In this document: in pieces, positions 54,136-63,689 of the stretch | Layout of the letters: each line of letters begins with the position of its first letter | Numbering within the stretch: position 1 is the first letter of the stretch | DNA from: Candidatus Aegiribacteria sp. | GTDB lineage: Bacteria > Fermentibacterota > Fermentibacteria > Fermentibacterales > JCC-6 | DNA length: 64,000 nt | NCBI GenBank assembly: GCA_030613065.1 | Contig: JAUWMQ010000001.1 | Coordinates: forward strand, 15,648 to 79,647 | Reading direction: 5' to 3' | Translations under genes and position numbers: made by a program | The notes under the pieces: model-generated | The model's database searches: none | Seen by the model: only the letters and a program-made list of their open reading frames with translations | What the model was told of the DNA's origin: nothing

Positions 54136-55839
54136 CTAGAAAGACAGTGTTGCTGAAAGGCGCCACTGGTTCAAACTGTCACCAAGACCCATCAGATCGA
54201 TCTGTATATAATCATTAGGTGTATATCCAACTCCGTAGGAGTAAGGTATTTCCGTATAGTTATCATCGGTTTCAACAAGAGTTCCGTCTATCGTTTCAAA
54301 CGGACTTTCAACGATCTGATCTTCGGTGCCGTCGCCGTATACGACATGCGTGACAAGTGGAGAGGCGTCGATCAATGATGTGGTTTCGGTTTCCATCTCC
54401 CACACGAATGCCGGACTTGCTCCCAGACGAACCTGAACTTTCGGGAGAACTTCGAACTCAAGCCCCACGGGAATGGATATCCTCTTGATATTCTCTGTTG
54501 TAGTGGTTTCATCCGTCTGACTCCATGTTGCAGTAGAAACGTAATCATCCGGATCGGCAAACTGAGCGTCTCCATCGGAGTAAGTCTCAACAAGAATATT
54601 GCTTGATGCATTATGTACGGTATTGCTGAGATCAATCATGGAAAATCCCATTCCCATGCTGATGGTGAATCTCTCAGAAGGATCAAGTGTCAATTTTGCT
54701 CCGATAGCGATGAGATCATCGCTGATATCGATATCGGTACTGCCGGAGCCGTTCATATCGATAATCGTGGAATCAATGAGTGAAGCGATCGTTTCGATAA
54801 AGGATGAATCCATACTGATCGAATACTGATCTGAACTTCCGCTCAAGCTCGTTGTGTAATACCCTCCAGAGGCTTCCAGAACCCAGTTTTCATCAAGCCT
54901 GAAAGCCATATTCAGACCACCACCGAATCTGTTTCCTCCAGGTGACACCGAGTATTGCTCAGAACCGCTCCATGTTGCGTAATCGTATACTCCGCTCTGC
55001 CCGGGAAGAAAATCCTCGATACCGGAAAGCTCAGCATTGTAGGCGATATCCGATGAAATGGACGTGAACATGAACATCCCGCCAATATCCATAACATCAG
55101 TTGCTGCACCGGTACCAGACAGGGATATTCCGAGAGCTGTTCTGTCATCCTTGAAAAGCCCGTTACCATTCGAATTCAGAGTATAGGTTTCAGCACCGGT
55201 TACAAGGTTGGAATCAGCTATGGCGATGGATCCGTTGTCATCCTCATCCAGAATTTCGGTACTGATAGTCATATAGGACACCCCAAGACCGAATCTCAGT
55301 GATTCATTCATCTCGTAGGCCCCGAAAAGACCAGCTGAAATCATTGACGAATCGGTTCTTGCTTCGGCTGTTTCATGAACGGTATGCCTTGAATCAAGTG
55401 TTCCGTCACCATTCGTATCGATATATTCCGACCAGGTCCCTTCTACCATTCCCTCTCCGGAAAGGTACGGCGCACCTCCTGGTCCAAGGAGCGTGATCTG
55501 ATCAAAGAACCTTTCATCCATGAATTCGGCAAGTATTCCGAGTCCGAAAGATGCTTCGAGCGGTACATAGCTTCCACCCAGCAGGAAACTCCCCCGGGTA
55601 TCAGCATTCTCATCAAAGACCAGGTCCGCACCTGTTGAGAGGTTAGAAAGCCCGGTATAAACCCTGATACCTTCCACCTCAAGCAATCTGTCAGGTACCG
55701 GCTGAGTAAACAGCATGCCCGAGAACCAACGGTCGAGATCATCAAGGATCAATCCGCTTGTGGACATGGATCTGAATGTCTGAGGCTGAGCTATAGTAAT
55801 CGAACTGATCACTATTACCAGCATAGCCAGTATTTTCAT
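54136..55839 (-). CDS. Putative outer-membrane beta-barrel protein, unknown family
   Basis: 567 aa. Signal peptide MKILAMLVIVISSITIAQP, alternating-hydrophobicity strands throughout, and a C-terminal beta-signal-like WRLSATLSF. Confidence 0.6.
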   Translation of the reverse strand: MKILAMLVIVISSITIAQPQTFRSMSTSGLILDDLDRWFSGMLFTQPVPDRLLEVEGIRVYTGLSNLSTGADLVFDENADTRGSFLLGGSYVPLEASFGLGILAEFMDERFFDQITLLGPGGAPYLSGEGMVEGTWSEYIDTNGDGTLDSRHTVHETAEARTDSSMISAGLFGAYEMNESLRFGLGVSYMTISTEILDEDDNGSIAIADSNLVTGAETYTLNSNGNGLFKDDRTALGISLSGTGAATDVMDIGGMFMFTSISSDIAYNAELSGIEDFLPGQSGVYDYATWSGSEQYSVSPGGNRFGGGLNMAFRLDENWVLEASGGYYTTSLSGSSDQYSISMDSSFIETIASLIDSTIIDMNGSGSTDIDISDDLIAIGAKLTLDPSERFTISMGMGFSMIDLSNTVHNASSNILVETYSDGDAQFADPDDYVSTATWSQTDETTTTENIKRISIPVGLEFEVLPKVQVRLGASPAFVWEMETETTSLIDASPLVTHVVYGDGTEDQIVESPFETIDGTLVETDDNYTEIPYSYGVGYTPNDYIQIDLMGLGDSLNQWRLSATLSF

Positions 55840-55907
55840 GTTTCCCCCTTTTTAGTAATTATGTATTTATTAAAATTCAACAAAGTGAAAGCTCAACGTG
55901 CAGAAAT

Positions 55908-57770
55908 CTATCTTACCAGAGAACATTTCAGCAAATGAACAGTAGCACCTGTTGTCAGAGATACAATATATACACCGGATGCGGCTGGACTGCCATCACT
56001 GCATGTTCCATCCCAGCAGAACGCCTCTGCTGGAAGGGGTGCTCTGAACGAACCGGGTCCGATACCACTTCTTACCGATTCATAAATCATCTGCCCGGTA
56101 AGATCGAATACTTTCAGTTCAGCATCCACAGGACCGTCATCAAGATCAAAACCGATATAAATACATTCAAATGATGGATTGGGATAAACAGATGGAGCAG
56201 CCGCGCTGAGTGTCTGATCAACAAACAGTTCGATTTCAACTCCGTCAGCTTCAAGGGTACCTGATAAAGGTATTACAGAACCGCTCCCTCCCCAACCACT
56301 GATAGTGAATTCACCAAGCTTTCCTGGACAGAAAGCAAACCACCCGGACTGATTCGTTTCGATCACGTATACGGAATCACCAATGTTCAGAGCAAGCGGA
56401 TATTCCGCTAAATACTCGCCAGAGAGGCTTGATCTGACTGACCCTGTTACAGAATTGTGTTTCAATGCAGCATAGGCGTTAATGATACCGTATCCTGCAC
56501 TGTTATCAGGGGAGCTGCTCATAGATGATGTTGATCTAAGAATTTCCATAATCTCAATCATGGACCACTCCGGATGGGCACCATACAAAGCCGCCGCGGC
56601 TGATGATACAAGAGGTGCAGCGAACGATGTGCCATCACCCTGGGAGTAACCGGATGTACCTTGATATGCAAGGCTGACATTCTGCCCGAGGGCGCATGCG
56701 TCGGGCTTTATCCTTCCGTCGTATGTTGGTCCCCTCGAGGAGAACTGGGTAACAGCTCCACCCGCATCAACGGCTCCCACTGCAAATACTGAATCCCCAT
56801 CGGACGGCGCCAGAAGAGACCCCGGATCGGGACCCGAATTTCCAATGGAGTTGAAAACGACCATTCCCCGTGAAGCAGCAGCATCCGCAGCTATTGTAGT
56901 CACAGCGGTATTACCGTCAAGATCTTCATAGGTGTACCAGTCTATATATGCAAGAGAGCTGCTGACAATATCTCCGCCATTCATCTCAATCCATTCAAGT
57001 CCCTGTACCCAGTAATCCTCCTCCGCCTGGTATTCATCGCTGATATCCTCTGTTTTCGCCAGTATAAACGAGGCGTCGGGAACACCTCCGCAGAAGGCAT
57101 CCTCAACGAACCCTCCGAGGATCGACAGAACAGCAGTACCATGGTCAGACTGACCGGGAGGATCTCCTGGTTGCTGTGACGGATCGCTGTCATTGTCTAC
57201 AAAATCGTACATCTGAAGAACAGTAATATCGCAGAATACATCATGCACAAGGTTGAAGCCGGAATCGAGAACACCAACGACAACTCCCGCTCCGGCCCAT
57301 CCTCGGATATGGAGTTCATCAAGTTTTATCTGCGCAAGCTGGGCCGTTGTAACTCCAGCAGTATTTCCCATGTAAGTGTGAAATTCCGGCAAACGGAATG
57401 TGCTGGAGGATACAGGCTGGACATGATCAACAAAAGGGAGAGCGAGAATTTCATCAAGGTTAGCGTCTGCAGTGTTTATGCTTACGGCGTTAAGGAATCT
57501 TGACCTGGTTCTGATTGTCCGGCAGACTGCAGCATCAGCTACCTGCTCCACATATAAGGACCATGGCTCAAGGTCCAGTTCATCCGCTCCAAGCAGACCG
57601 ACGGAAATCCGCCTTTCGTATGAAGGGGTATGCAGCATTTCTATGGACCTGGTTTCAAGCCTGCTCTCAAGATCAGGGCCTCTATCGGAAAAGAAAACCC
57701 ACCACGCCCCGGAAGGAACGGGGATGGATGTAACCAGAATACCGCTGAGTAATATCAGAGAGAGATTCAC
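55908..57770 (-). CDS. Subtilisin-like serine protease (S8) with C-terminal T9SS/FlgD-Ig-like sorting domain
   Basis: 620 aa. Catalytic triad contexts VGVLDSGF, HGTAVLSI and GTSFAAPLVS. The C-terminus has VYPNPSFE ... VFDLTGQMI ... CWDGTCSDGSPAASGVYIVSL ... LLKCSLVR. Confidence 0.88.
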   Translation of the reverse strand: MNLSLILLSGILVTSIPVPSGAWWVFFSDRGPDLESRLETRSIEMLHTPSYERRISVGLLGADELDLEPWSLYVEQVADAAVCRTIRTRSRFLNAVSINTADANLDEILALPFVDHVQPVSSSTFRLPEFHTYMGNTAGVTTAQLAQIKLDELHIRGWAGAGVVVGVLDSGFNLVHDVFCDITVLQMYDFVDNDSDPSQQPGDPPGQSDHGTAVLSILGGFVEDAFCGGVPDASFILAKTEDISDEYQAEEDYWVQGLEWIEMNGGDIVSSSLAYIDWYTYEDLDGNTAVTTIAADAAASRGMVVFNSIGNSGPDPGSLLAPSDGDSVFAVGAVDAGGAVTQFSSRGPTYDGRIKPDACALGQNVSLAYQGTSGYSQGDGTSFAAPLVSSAAAALYGAHPEWSMIEIMEILRSTSSMSSSPDNSAGYGIINAYAALKHNSVTGSVRSSLSGEYLAEYPLALNIGDSVYVIETNQSGWFAFCPGKLGEFTISGWGGSGSVIPLSGTLEADGVEIELFVDQTLSAAAPSVYPNPSFECIYIGFDLDDGPVDAELKVFDLTGQMIYESVRSGIGPGSFRAPLPAEAFCWDGTCSDGSPAASGVYIVSLTTGATVHLLKCSLVR

Positions 57771-57789
57771 TGCAGTCTGTAATCAGGAT

Positions 57790-58383
57790 TTAGGTATCCG
57801 ACAGATCCCACCACTGCCAGATATACCATTCACCCGAACTTGAATCCTCCCGGCAGATGAAAAGAGCAGAACCTGCTGCTATGTATCCATCAGATTTAGC
57901 CTCATCCGTATAAACCTTGAGGCTGAAGGTACGGGGTAGCTGTTGAGCCTGTCCGGTAGAATCACCTGTCCAGGGACTCTGTGCCGTTCCCGAAAGTGTA
58001 AGATCTATAGAAATAACACGACTGCTGCCGAACATGTTGATATGAAAATCTTCCTCCAGATCCAGTCCCCAGTACGTATCTACAGTACCGTCGCCATTGT
58101 AATCATCCCAGTCGATTTCCTGAAGATGAAACTCAAAATCATCTCTGAAGCAATTAAGGTAATGACCAATATCGCGGCTTATATATGCGAACTGAAGGTT
58201 CTCAAGAACTTTGTAAGCACTGTCCACGGGAGTGTGGTACAGCAGCGGTGGGGGACCAGGACCAGTTTTGGGAGAAAAAGGATTCCAGCATCCTGATACG
58301 ATAACAGCGGTAATAACAGCAGATGCTATTAGAGCGTTCGTTCGAATATTTCCGGCCATACGCGTCCTATTTTTCTGGTTCAT
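57790..58383 (-). CDS. Lipoprotein, unknown function
   Basis: 197 aa. Lipobox VIVSGC. No recognisable domain. Confidence 0.55.
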   Translation of the reverse strand: MNQKNRTRMAGNIRTNALIASAVITAVIVSGCWNPFSPKTGPGPPPLLYHTPVDSAYKVLENLQFAYISRDIGHYLNCFRDDFEFHLQEIDWDDYNGDGTVDTYWGLDLEEDFHINMFGSSRVISIDLTLSGTAQSPWTGDSTGQAQQLPRTFSLKVYTDEAKSDGYIAAGSALFICREDSSSGEWYIWQWWDLSDT

Positions 58384-58527
58384 ATGAAATGCACCTCCGA
58401 TTCAAATCGTACTAACACCATAAGAGGAAAATTGTTCCTGAACGGTTCTTCGTCAAGGGAATCTGAAATCAGTTGACGATTGCTTTCGCCTGCGTCATTT
58501 ATTAGACAGGAGGATAGAATTATTAAT

Positions 58528-59796
58528 ATGCTACTTTGTTTGTTAATATCGCTTATCAGCCAGATTTCCACCGTGGATCAGGCCATAGAGCTGTACCTCC
58601 TGGGGGACATGAACAACAGCATTATCGCGCTGGAGGACCTCCTGAACGGGGGGAACCTCTCTCTGGACGAGGAAATAAGAGCTTACCACAGACTGGGGGC
58701 TGCCTATTTCGGAGTGGGGGAACATGACAAAATGGTATCGGCATTCTACAGCCTGCTACAGCTTGATCCATATTACGATCTTGGTCCATGGGAGAACCCT
58801 CAACTTCGCAGACTGCTTGATAATGTCAGACAGGAAAGCATGTCAACTGTTCTGGTTCAGGGTGAACCTGGGAATGCTCTCGTTTTCATGAACGGGGATT
58901 ACGTAGGTTCAGCCCCATACATTCAGGACAATCTAATAAGCGGCCGGACATACACGTTCACCATTGTAGCGGATGGTTACGAGACCGCAACGCAATCCTG
59001 CACTACCCTTCCCGGGCAGCTTCATACGATGGTCTATCAGATGGACCCCGTTTCCCAATCCACAGAAGTCGCCCTGCTCGATACTGCAGGCGCAATCGGA
59101 GTAAACGATCAGATAGCTGAATTTGCAGGATACTCGCAGACAGCATCCTCACAGGAAACCTCTGCATCATCCGGGACAGGCGCTCATCCGGATATCATCT
59201 TGCCGGATACATCAACCTCCATCAGCTCAATTGATTCAGAAACAATGACCATCGATTGGCTTAATACACTTCTTCACGGCGGTATTCAGATGACATCACT
59301 TGGGGGAATCGGTTATCTATCTTCAGATACAGGGGATCGCGAATTAGCCGGTACAAATCAGGACCATGTAAGAGATCCCACCATATTTGAGAATGCCGGA
59401 AGCACTATCGAAACAGCATCCGAGAACCAGGTAAGTATGGTTTTCTCAGATGTGAATATGGATACGGTAAGCGTGCTTCAGACAGATCCCGGCTCTTCGT
59501 ACATGTCCAGAACCTCAAGCGAGGTGAGGGAAGTTCTGGTCTCCAAGGAAAGCGCAGTGATCTTTATTTACAACAAGCACCTCAGAGCCGACCCCTTGCT
59601 TTCCGGAACCGTTCTGATCGAAATGATAATCGAGCCGAGTGGTCGTGTTTCAGACGTTTCTATCCTGGATTCAACAACATTCAACCCTGCATTCGATCTT
59701 GAACTTGCCTCAGCAGTTGGAACGTGGAGGTTCGGTTCCGTAGACGCAAATGAAGGACCTCTTCCAGTGATATACCCGTTCATTTTCTCCCGTTGA
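58528..59796 (+). CDS. TPR + PEGA + TonB_C/AgmX-like C-terminal domain protein
   Basis: ATG 58528 is preferred over track TTG 58480. Contains a TPR-like segment (AYHRLGAAYFGVGEHDKMVSAFYSLLQLDP), a PEGA-like segment (VLVQGEPGNALVFMNGDYVGSAPY...YTFTIVADGYE), and a C-terminal segment GTVLIEMIIEPSGRVSDVSILDSTTFNPAFDLELASAVGTWRF. Confidence 0.6.
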   Translation: MLLCLLISLISQISTVDQAIELYLLGDMNNSIIALEDLLNGGNLSLDEEIRAYHRLGAAYFGVGEHDKMVSAFYSLLQLDPYYDLGPWENPQLRRLLDNVRQESMSTVLVQGEPGNALVFMNGDYVGSAPYIQDNLISGRTYTFTIVADGYETATQSCTTLPGQLHTMVYQMDPVSQSTEVALLDTAGAIGVNDQIAEFAGYSQTASSQETSASSGTGAHPDIILPDTSTSISSIDSETMTIDWLNTLLHGGIQMTSLGGIGYLSSDTGDRELAGTNQDHVRDPTIFENAGSTIETASENQVSMVFSDVNMDTVSVLQTDPGSSYMSRTSSEVREVLVSKESAVIFIYNKHLRADPLLSGTVLIEMIIEPSGRVSDVSILDSTTFNPAFDLELASAVGTWRFGSVDANEGPLPVIYPFIFSR

Positions 59797-59880
59797 GCCC
59801 CGGGCAACAGTTCGGATGAGATACCGGTACACAATAACAGTCGGAAAACATGATCGTAACGAAGAGACCTGGAGGAAAAT

Positions 59881-60471
59881 TTGAGCGAGAAAAGAGTAAT
59901 CGAAATACTGAAATCATGCAATGCGTTGCTTGAGGGACATTTCAGGTATACATCGGGCCGACATGGAAAGCAGTATTTTGAGAAGATCCGTATAGTTCAG
60001 GAACCGCGATTTGTGGATGAACTGGGCAGGATGATGGCTGCGATGATGGATGACATAAGAGAAGAAATTGATCTGGTGTGCGCCCCCGCATACGGAGCTG
60101 TGGTTTTCGGATTCGCTACCGCGCTTCATATGGACAGAAGTTTTGCCTTTCTCCAGAGGGACAGCGAAGCAAAAATGTCTGTTAGATCAGGTTTCAGGGA
60201 TATTGTGCGTGGCAGCAGGATACTTCTTGTGGAGGATGTATGCACCACAGGAGGCAGTATCATTGAATCAATTGATGCTCTGAATTCCGCAGGTGCGGAA
60301 GTTGTTCAGGTAGGACTGATCGTAGACAGAACCGCGGGAAAGCTGAAGCTTGAATCACCATATAGAGCTCTGCTCAGCGTTGAGGCACTCAGCTGGGACA
60401 GTGTGGATTGTCCATTATGCAGAGAAGGTATTTCCATAACGGTACCTGGTTCATCGGATAAAAAGGGATAA
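59881..60471 (+). CDS. pyrE: Orotate phosphoribosyltransferase
   Basis: 196 aa. TTG start 4 nt after GGAGGA. EGHFRYTSGRHG..YF, and the PRPP loop ILLVEDVCTTGGS. Confidence 0.88.
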   Translation: MSEKRVIEILKSCNALLEGHFRYTSGRHGKQYFEKIRIVQEPRFVDELGRMMAAMMDDIREEIDLVCAPAYGAVVFGFATALHMDRSFAFLQRDSEAKMSVRSGFRDIVRGSRILLVEDVCTTGGSIIESIDALNSAGAEVVQVGLIVDRTAGKLKLESPYRALLSVEALSWDSVDCPLCREGISITVPGSSDKKG

Positions 60472-60489
60472 GGAATCATCCAGGTATTA

Positions 60490-61392
60490 CTATTTACAGG
60501 ATAAGACCTTATTTCTACCTACCTTTTTTGCGCGAAAAAGGGCTGAATCAGCAGCAGCCACCATTGAGGAAGAATGCTTTTCGGAATTAGCGGCAGTGCA
60601 GCATCCAATACTGCAGGTAACCCTGAGGTTTGCTATTTCATTATCGATCTGAAGAGTCTCGGCTCGCATCCTGATACGGTTGCCGATGGAGATGGACTCC
60701 TCCTCCCGCGTTCTTGGAAGAACTATGAGGAATTCCTCACCTCCGTAGCGGCCGATTCTGTCGAACGATCTGCAGCTCTCATTGAGAAGGTAGGCAAATC
60801 TTATAAGAACTTTGTCACCTGTCTGATGACCGTAGGTGTCGTTCACCGCCTTGAATCTGTCAAGATCCAACATCAGGATGCTCGTTGCGGTGCCATCTCT
60901 CCTGCCCCTTTCAAGCTCTATGCTCAACTCCTTGAGAATAGCGGCATGGTTCAGTAATTCCGTCAGGCTGTCTATCCTGACAAGATGCTTGAGACGATGA
61001 TTGAGGTCTATCAGCTTCATCTCCAGCTGTGCGGTTCTCACACCAACACCAATTCTGGCCTTGAGTTCTATTGAGTCCGTTTTCTTTGAAATGTAATCGT
61101 TAGCACCGGCCTTGAGAGCCCTGCGGATGTCATCCGATCCTTCCCTTGCGCTGTTAATGATGATGTAACAAATATATTCATTATCAAGTCTTCGAATTTC
61201 CCGACAGACTTCGATACCGTCCATACCAGGCATCATCCAGTCAAGCAGAACTACAGAACACTTGTTCTGCTTAACATGCTCAAGAGCATCTTCACCGTTG
61301 TTAACTGCAATGGGCTCGTAACCGAGATCCGTCACAACCTTAGAGAGAATCTTGCGGCTAATCGGATCATCATCCGCAATCAGTATTTTCAT
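60490..61392 (-). CDS. Response regulator receiver + GGDEF diguanylate cyclase
   Basis: Start set to ATG 61392 (MKILIADDDPISR). Phospho-acceptor context VVLLDWMMPGMDG. Active site GGEEF with an upstream RSFD I-site (RxxD, 5 residues before GGEEF). Confidence 0.9.
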   Translation of the reverse strand: MKILIADDDPISRKILSKVVTDLGYEPIAVNNGEDALEHVKQNKCSVVLLDWMMPGMDGIEVCREIRRLDNEYICYIIINSAREGSDDIRRALKAGANDYISKKTDSIELKARIGVGVRTAQLEMKLIDLNHRLKHLVRIDSLTELLNHAAILKELSIELERGRRDGTATSILMLDLDRFKAVNDTYGHQTGDKVLIRFAYLLNESCRSFDRIGRYGGEEFLIVLPRTREEESISIGNRIRMRAETLQIDNEIANLRVTCSIGCCTAANSEKHSSSMVAAADSALFRAKKVGRNKVLSCK

Positions 61393-61501
61393 ACTATCAC
61401 CAATCGGTAGAATTGCTACCAATATTAACCGGCTGAGAGACGGAAACAAGGCCCGTGCTATGCACCTGGAACATTCATGAGCGATAATACATAAAATTAG
61501 A

Positions 61502-62374
61502 TCATGGATCCTGATTGAAGAATGTCGACAGTTGTTTGAAGAGCAGAGGGGCTTTCTTCTTCATCATTTCAGGTTTTTCGAAAAAGGCTTCGACAGAACA
61601 TGCAAAGAACTCGGCTGGATTTGTGCCGGCATACTGGCGCAGCATGGATTTTCCTTTATGAACTTTCTCGAATTCCCTTTGCATCACTTCTATCCAGGGG
61701 CGATAGGCTCCCAGCGAGAGCTCATCCGGGATTCCATCGGGGTGGTATCCGTCAAGCACATGCGCGAATTCGTGATAACCAACATTGTAACCATCGTTAT
61801 CATGCTGAAATCCGCTAAGGAGGTGTGGCAGGGAGAGGATTACGTTTCCCGCGGAATGCACAAGTCCAGCAGCCACTGAATCACTGCCTTGGAGGTCGGT
61901 CGAATACGAGCCATCGGTCCTGAAACCTCCGGGATAGATGAGAATATCGCCGAAATCCCTGTACTCCCATTCAGGTCTTCTGAAAACGAGACGGACGGCA
62001 GTTGCGGCAACCAGCAGCTGCACTGTCCTGGTGATCTCCACATCATCCACACCTGTGATTGTATGTTCCGCCAGGAATACTGCTATATCAGTCTCATAAA
62101 TTCGTTTGTCATCATCGGACATCGAAGAGTAGAACGTAACGTATTTTAACAGTATAGCCCTGTCTTCGCTGCTGAGCGGATTTTCTGAGATTATTCTCCG
62201 TTTCCTGTACTTTGGATAATATATGCCCAGATAATAAACGGCACCGATCACAAAAATCACAGGTACAGCTATCAGCGCCCTGCGGGTAATCAGGAAAGGA
62301 AGACTGAAAAGAAGAGAGGCCAGGATCGTTACTCCCAGCCTTGTCTCTATCTTGCTGCGTGGAAATATCTCCAT
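61502..62374 (-). CDS. Membrane-anchored MtfA-like zinc peptidase (M90 family)
   Basis: 290 aa with two N-terminal TMs. HEFAHVLD and NPAEFFACSVEAFFEKP match the MtfA/M90 signature. Confidence 0.75.
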   Translation of the reverse strand: MEIFPRSKIETRLGVTILASLLFSLPFLITRRALIAVPVIFVIGAVYYLGIYYPKYRKRRIISENPLSSEDRAILLKYVTFYSSMSDDDKRIYETDIAVFLAEHTITGVDDVEITRTVQLLVAATAVRLVFRRPEWEYRDFGDILIYPGGFRTDGSYSTDLQGSDSVAAGLVHSAGNVILSLPHLLSGFQHDNDGYNVGYHEFAHVLDGYHPDGIPDELSLGAYRPWIEVMQREFEKVHKGKSMLRQYAGTNPAEFFACSVEAFFEKPEMMKKKAPLLFKQLSTFFNQDP

Positions 62375-62379
62375 GCAGT

Positions 62380-62943
62380 CTATACCTCTTTAATGAAATG
62401 CCGCTCTACATGAATACGCTTCAGTTCCCTTTTGAAGATTTCCCTGTCCGTCTGCTCACTTTCCAGTTCGTCACTGGCTTCTTCGAGCTTGTGCTTCTCA
62501 AGACGAAAGGCTCTCCAGGCTTTGCTGTAGGCTTCCTTGAGAGCTACCAGTTCTTCAGCTTCGAGTTTCTTGTCTTCAGCCTTCTCAGAGGCATCTCTCG
62601 CCTTTTCAAAAGCTATCCTTGCCTCAGTAGCAAGTTTGGTCTCTTCTTTGACTTCCAGTTTGAACTCCTTGATCTCATCTTCGCTGAAGCTCATCTCTTT
62701 CTTGATATCCTCTTCGAGTTCATCAAGCAGGGGTGCTAGAAAGGTTCGCATATCTTCAATGAAACCTCGGTACCTCTCAACGGTTTTCCTGAGTTTCTTC
62801 TCCTTGCGGATGTTGTGCAACTGATTGATTTTTTCCTGCCAGTCGTGCAGCTGTCGAATACTGTATACGAGATCTCGTCTTACAGCATTCTTGTAGTGAA
62901 TATCCGTTTTGAGTTTTTTCTCGAGTGTAGTGTGTTCGCTCAT
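62380..62943 (-). CDS. Coiled-coil protein, unknown function
   Basis: ATG 62943 (GGGAG upstream) is preferred over track TTG 62964. The protein is K/E-rich with a heptad-like sequence throughout. Confidence 0.55.
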   Translation of the reverse strand: MSEHTTLEKKLKTDIHYKNAVRRDLVYSIRQLHDWQEKINQLHNIRKEKKLRKTVERYRGFIEDMRTFLAPLLDELEEDIKKEMSFSEDEIKEFKLEVKEETKLATEARIAFEKARDASEKAEDKKLEAEELVALKEAYSKAWRAFRLEKHKLEEASDELESEQTDREIFKRELKRIHVERHFIKEV

Positions 62944-63090
62944 TAATATGCTCCCTTTAAACAAATTTTGAAAAGTATCTCGTATATTTTGCGCAACCCC
63001 GATAAATGGCTCAGAAAAGGCTTTCTGTCAAGGTTGAAAAGCGGGAAGTTACCGCAGCTGCCAGCAGCAGAGTATTGAGAATCATTAGTA

Positions 63091-63621
63091 TCAGGTTTCC
63101 CTCGAATCACGTGACTGTTCCGCATCCTTTTCAAGGGCAGCATAACTGAATCTTATCCCCTCCGACGGATCGAACCCGAGAATATCAACTACCTTCATGA
63201 CAGCTTCCTCCGATTCAGCCTCGATCTCAACGAATCGGCCGAACCAGAGTTCATCCAGGCATATCATGGCTTCATCGATCCTGCATTCCCTTCTCGTTTT
63301 CTCGTAGCTGTACACAACGCCGTAGCCCAGAAGCCCGAAGAGCTTAAGCGCGTCCTCCTGTGAGCACTCGAGAACTGCTTCCTCCTCATGACGCACCTTC
63401 AGTGCAGTCGCTGGAAGAGGTTTCTTTACCGTTACAAGTGTACCTCTTTCGCAATTCCTGAGACGAAACAGGGTATCCATCTTCCCAAGGGGTCCCCCCA
63501 TATGATCAAGTACCAGGTTATTCTCTCTGACTGGATCTCCCGGCGAGACCCCGATACTTTCCAGACGCTTCTCTACGTCACGGAAATCATCAACTCTGAA
63601 TTTCAACTCCATTTCGAGCAA
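63091..63621 (-). CDS. CYTH-domain protein (class IV adenylate cyclase / triphosphate tunnel metalloenzyme)
   Basis: 176 aa. TTG start 6 nt after GGAGG. N-terminal ExExK motif (LEMELKFRV), then RLR....LT.K and EIE strands. Confidence 0.8.
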   Translation of the reverse strand: MLEMELKFRVDDFRDVEKRLESIGVSPGDPVRENNLVLDHMGGPLGKMDTLFRLRNCERGTLVTVKKPLPATALKVRHEEEAVLECSQEDALKLFGLLGYGVVYSYEKTRRECRIDEAMICLDELWFGRFVEIEAESEEAVMKVVDILGFDPSEGIRFSYAALEKDAEQSRDSRET

Positions 63622-63650
63622 GATTACCTCCCCTTCGGTTATATTACTGA

Positions 63651-63679
63651 TTGACCTTTGTACTATGATAACTTAAATT
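63651..63679 (+). promoter_or_regulatory. Sigma70-like promoter for tRNA-Ser(UGA) (TTGACC-N17-TAAATT)
   Basis: TTGACC (63651-63656), a 17-nt spacer, then TAAATT (63674-63679), 10 nt upstream of the tRNA 5' end. The hexamers are identical to the tRNA-Phe promoter. Confidence 0.5.
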
Positions 63680-63689
63680 CCACCGTTGC

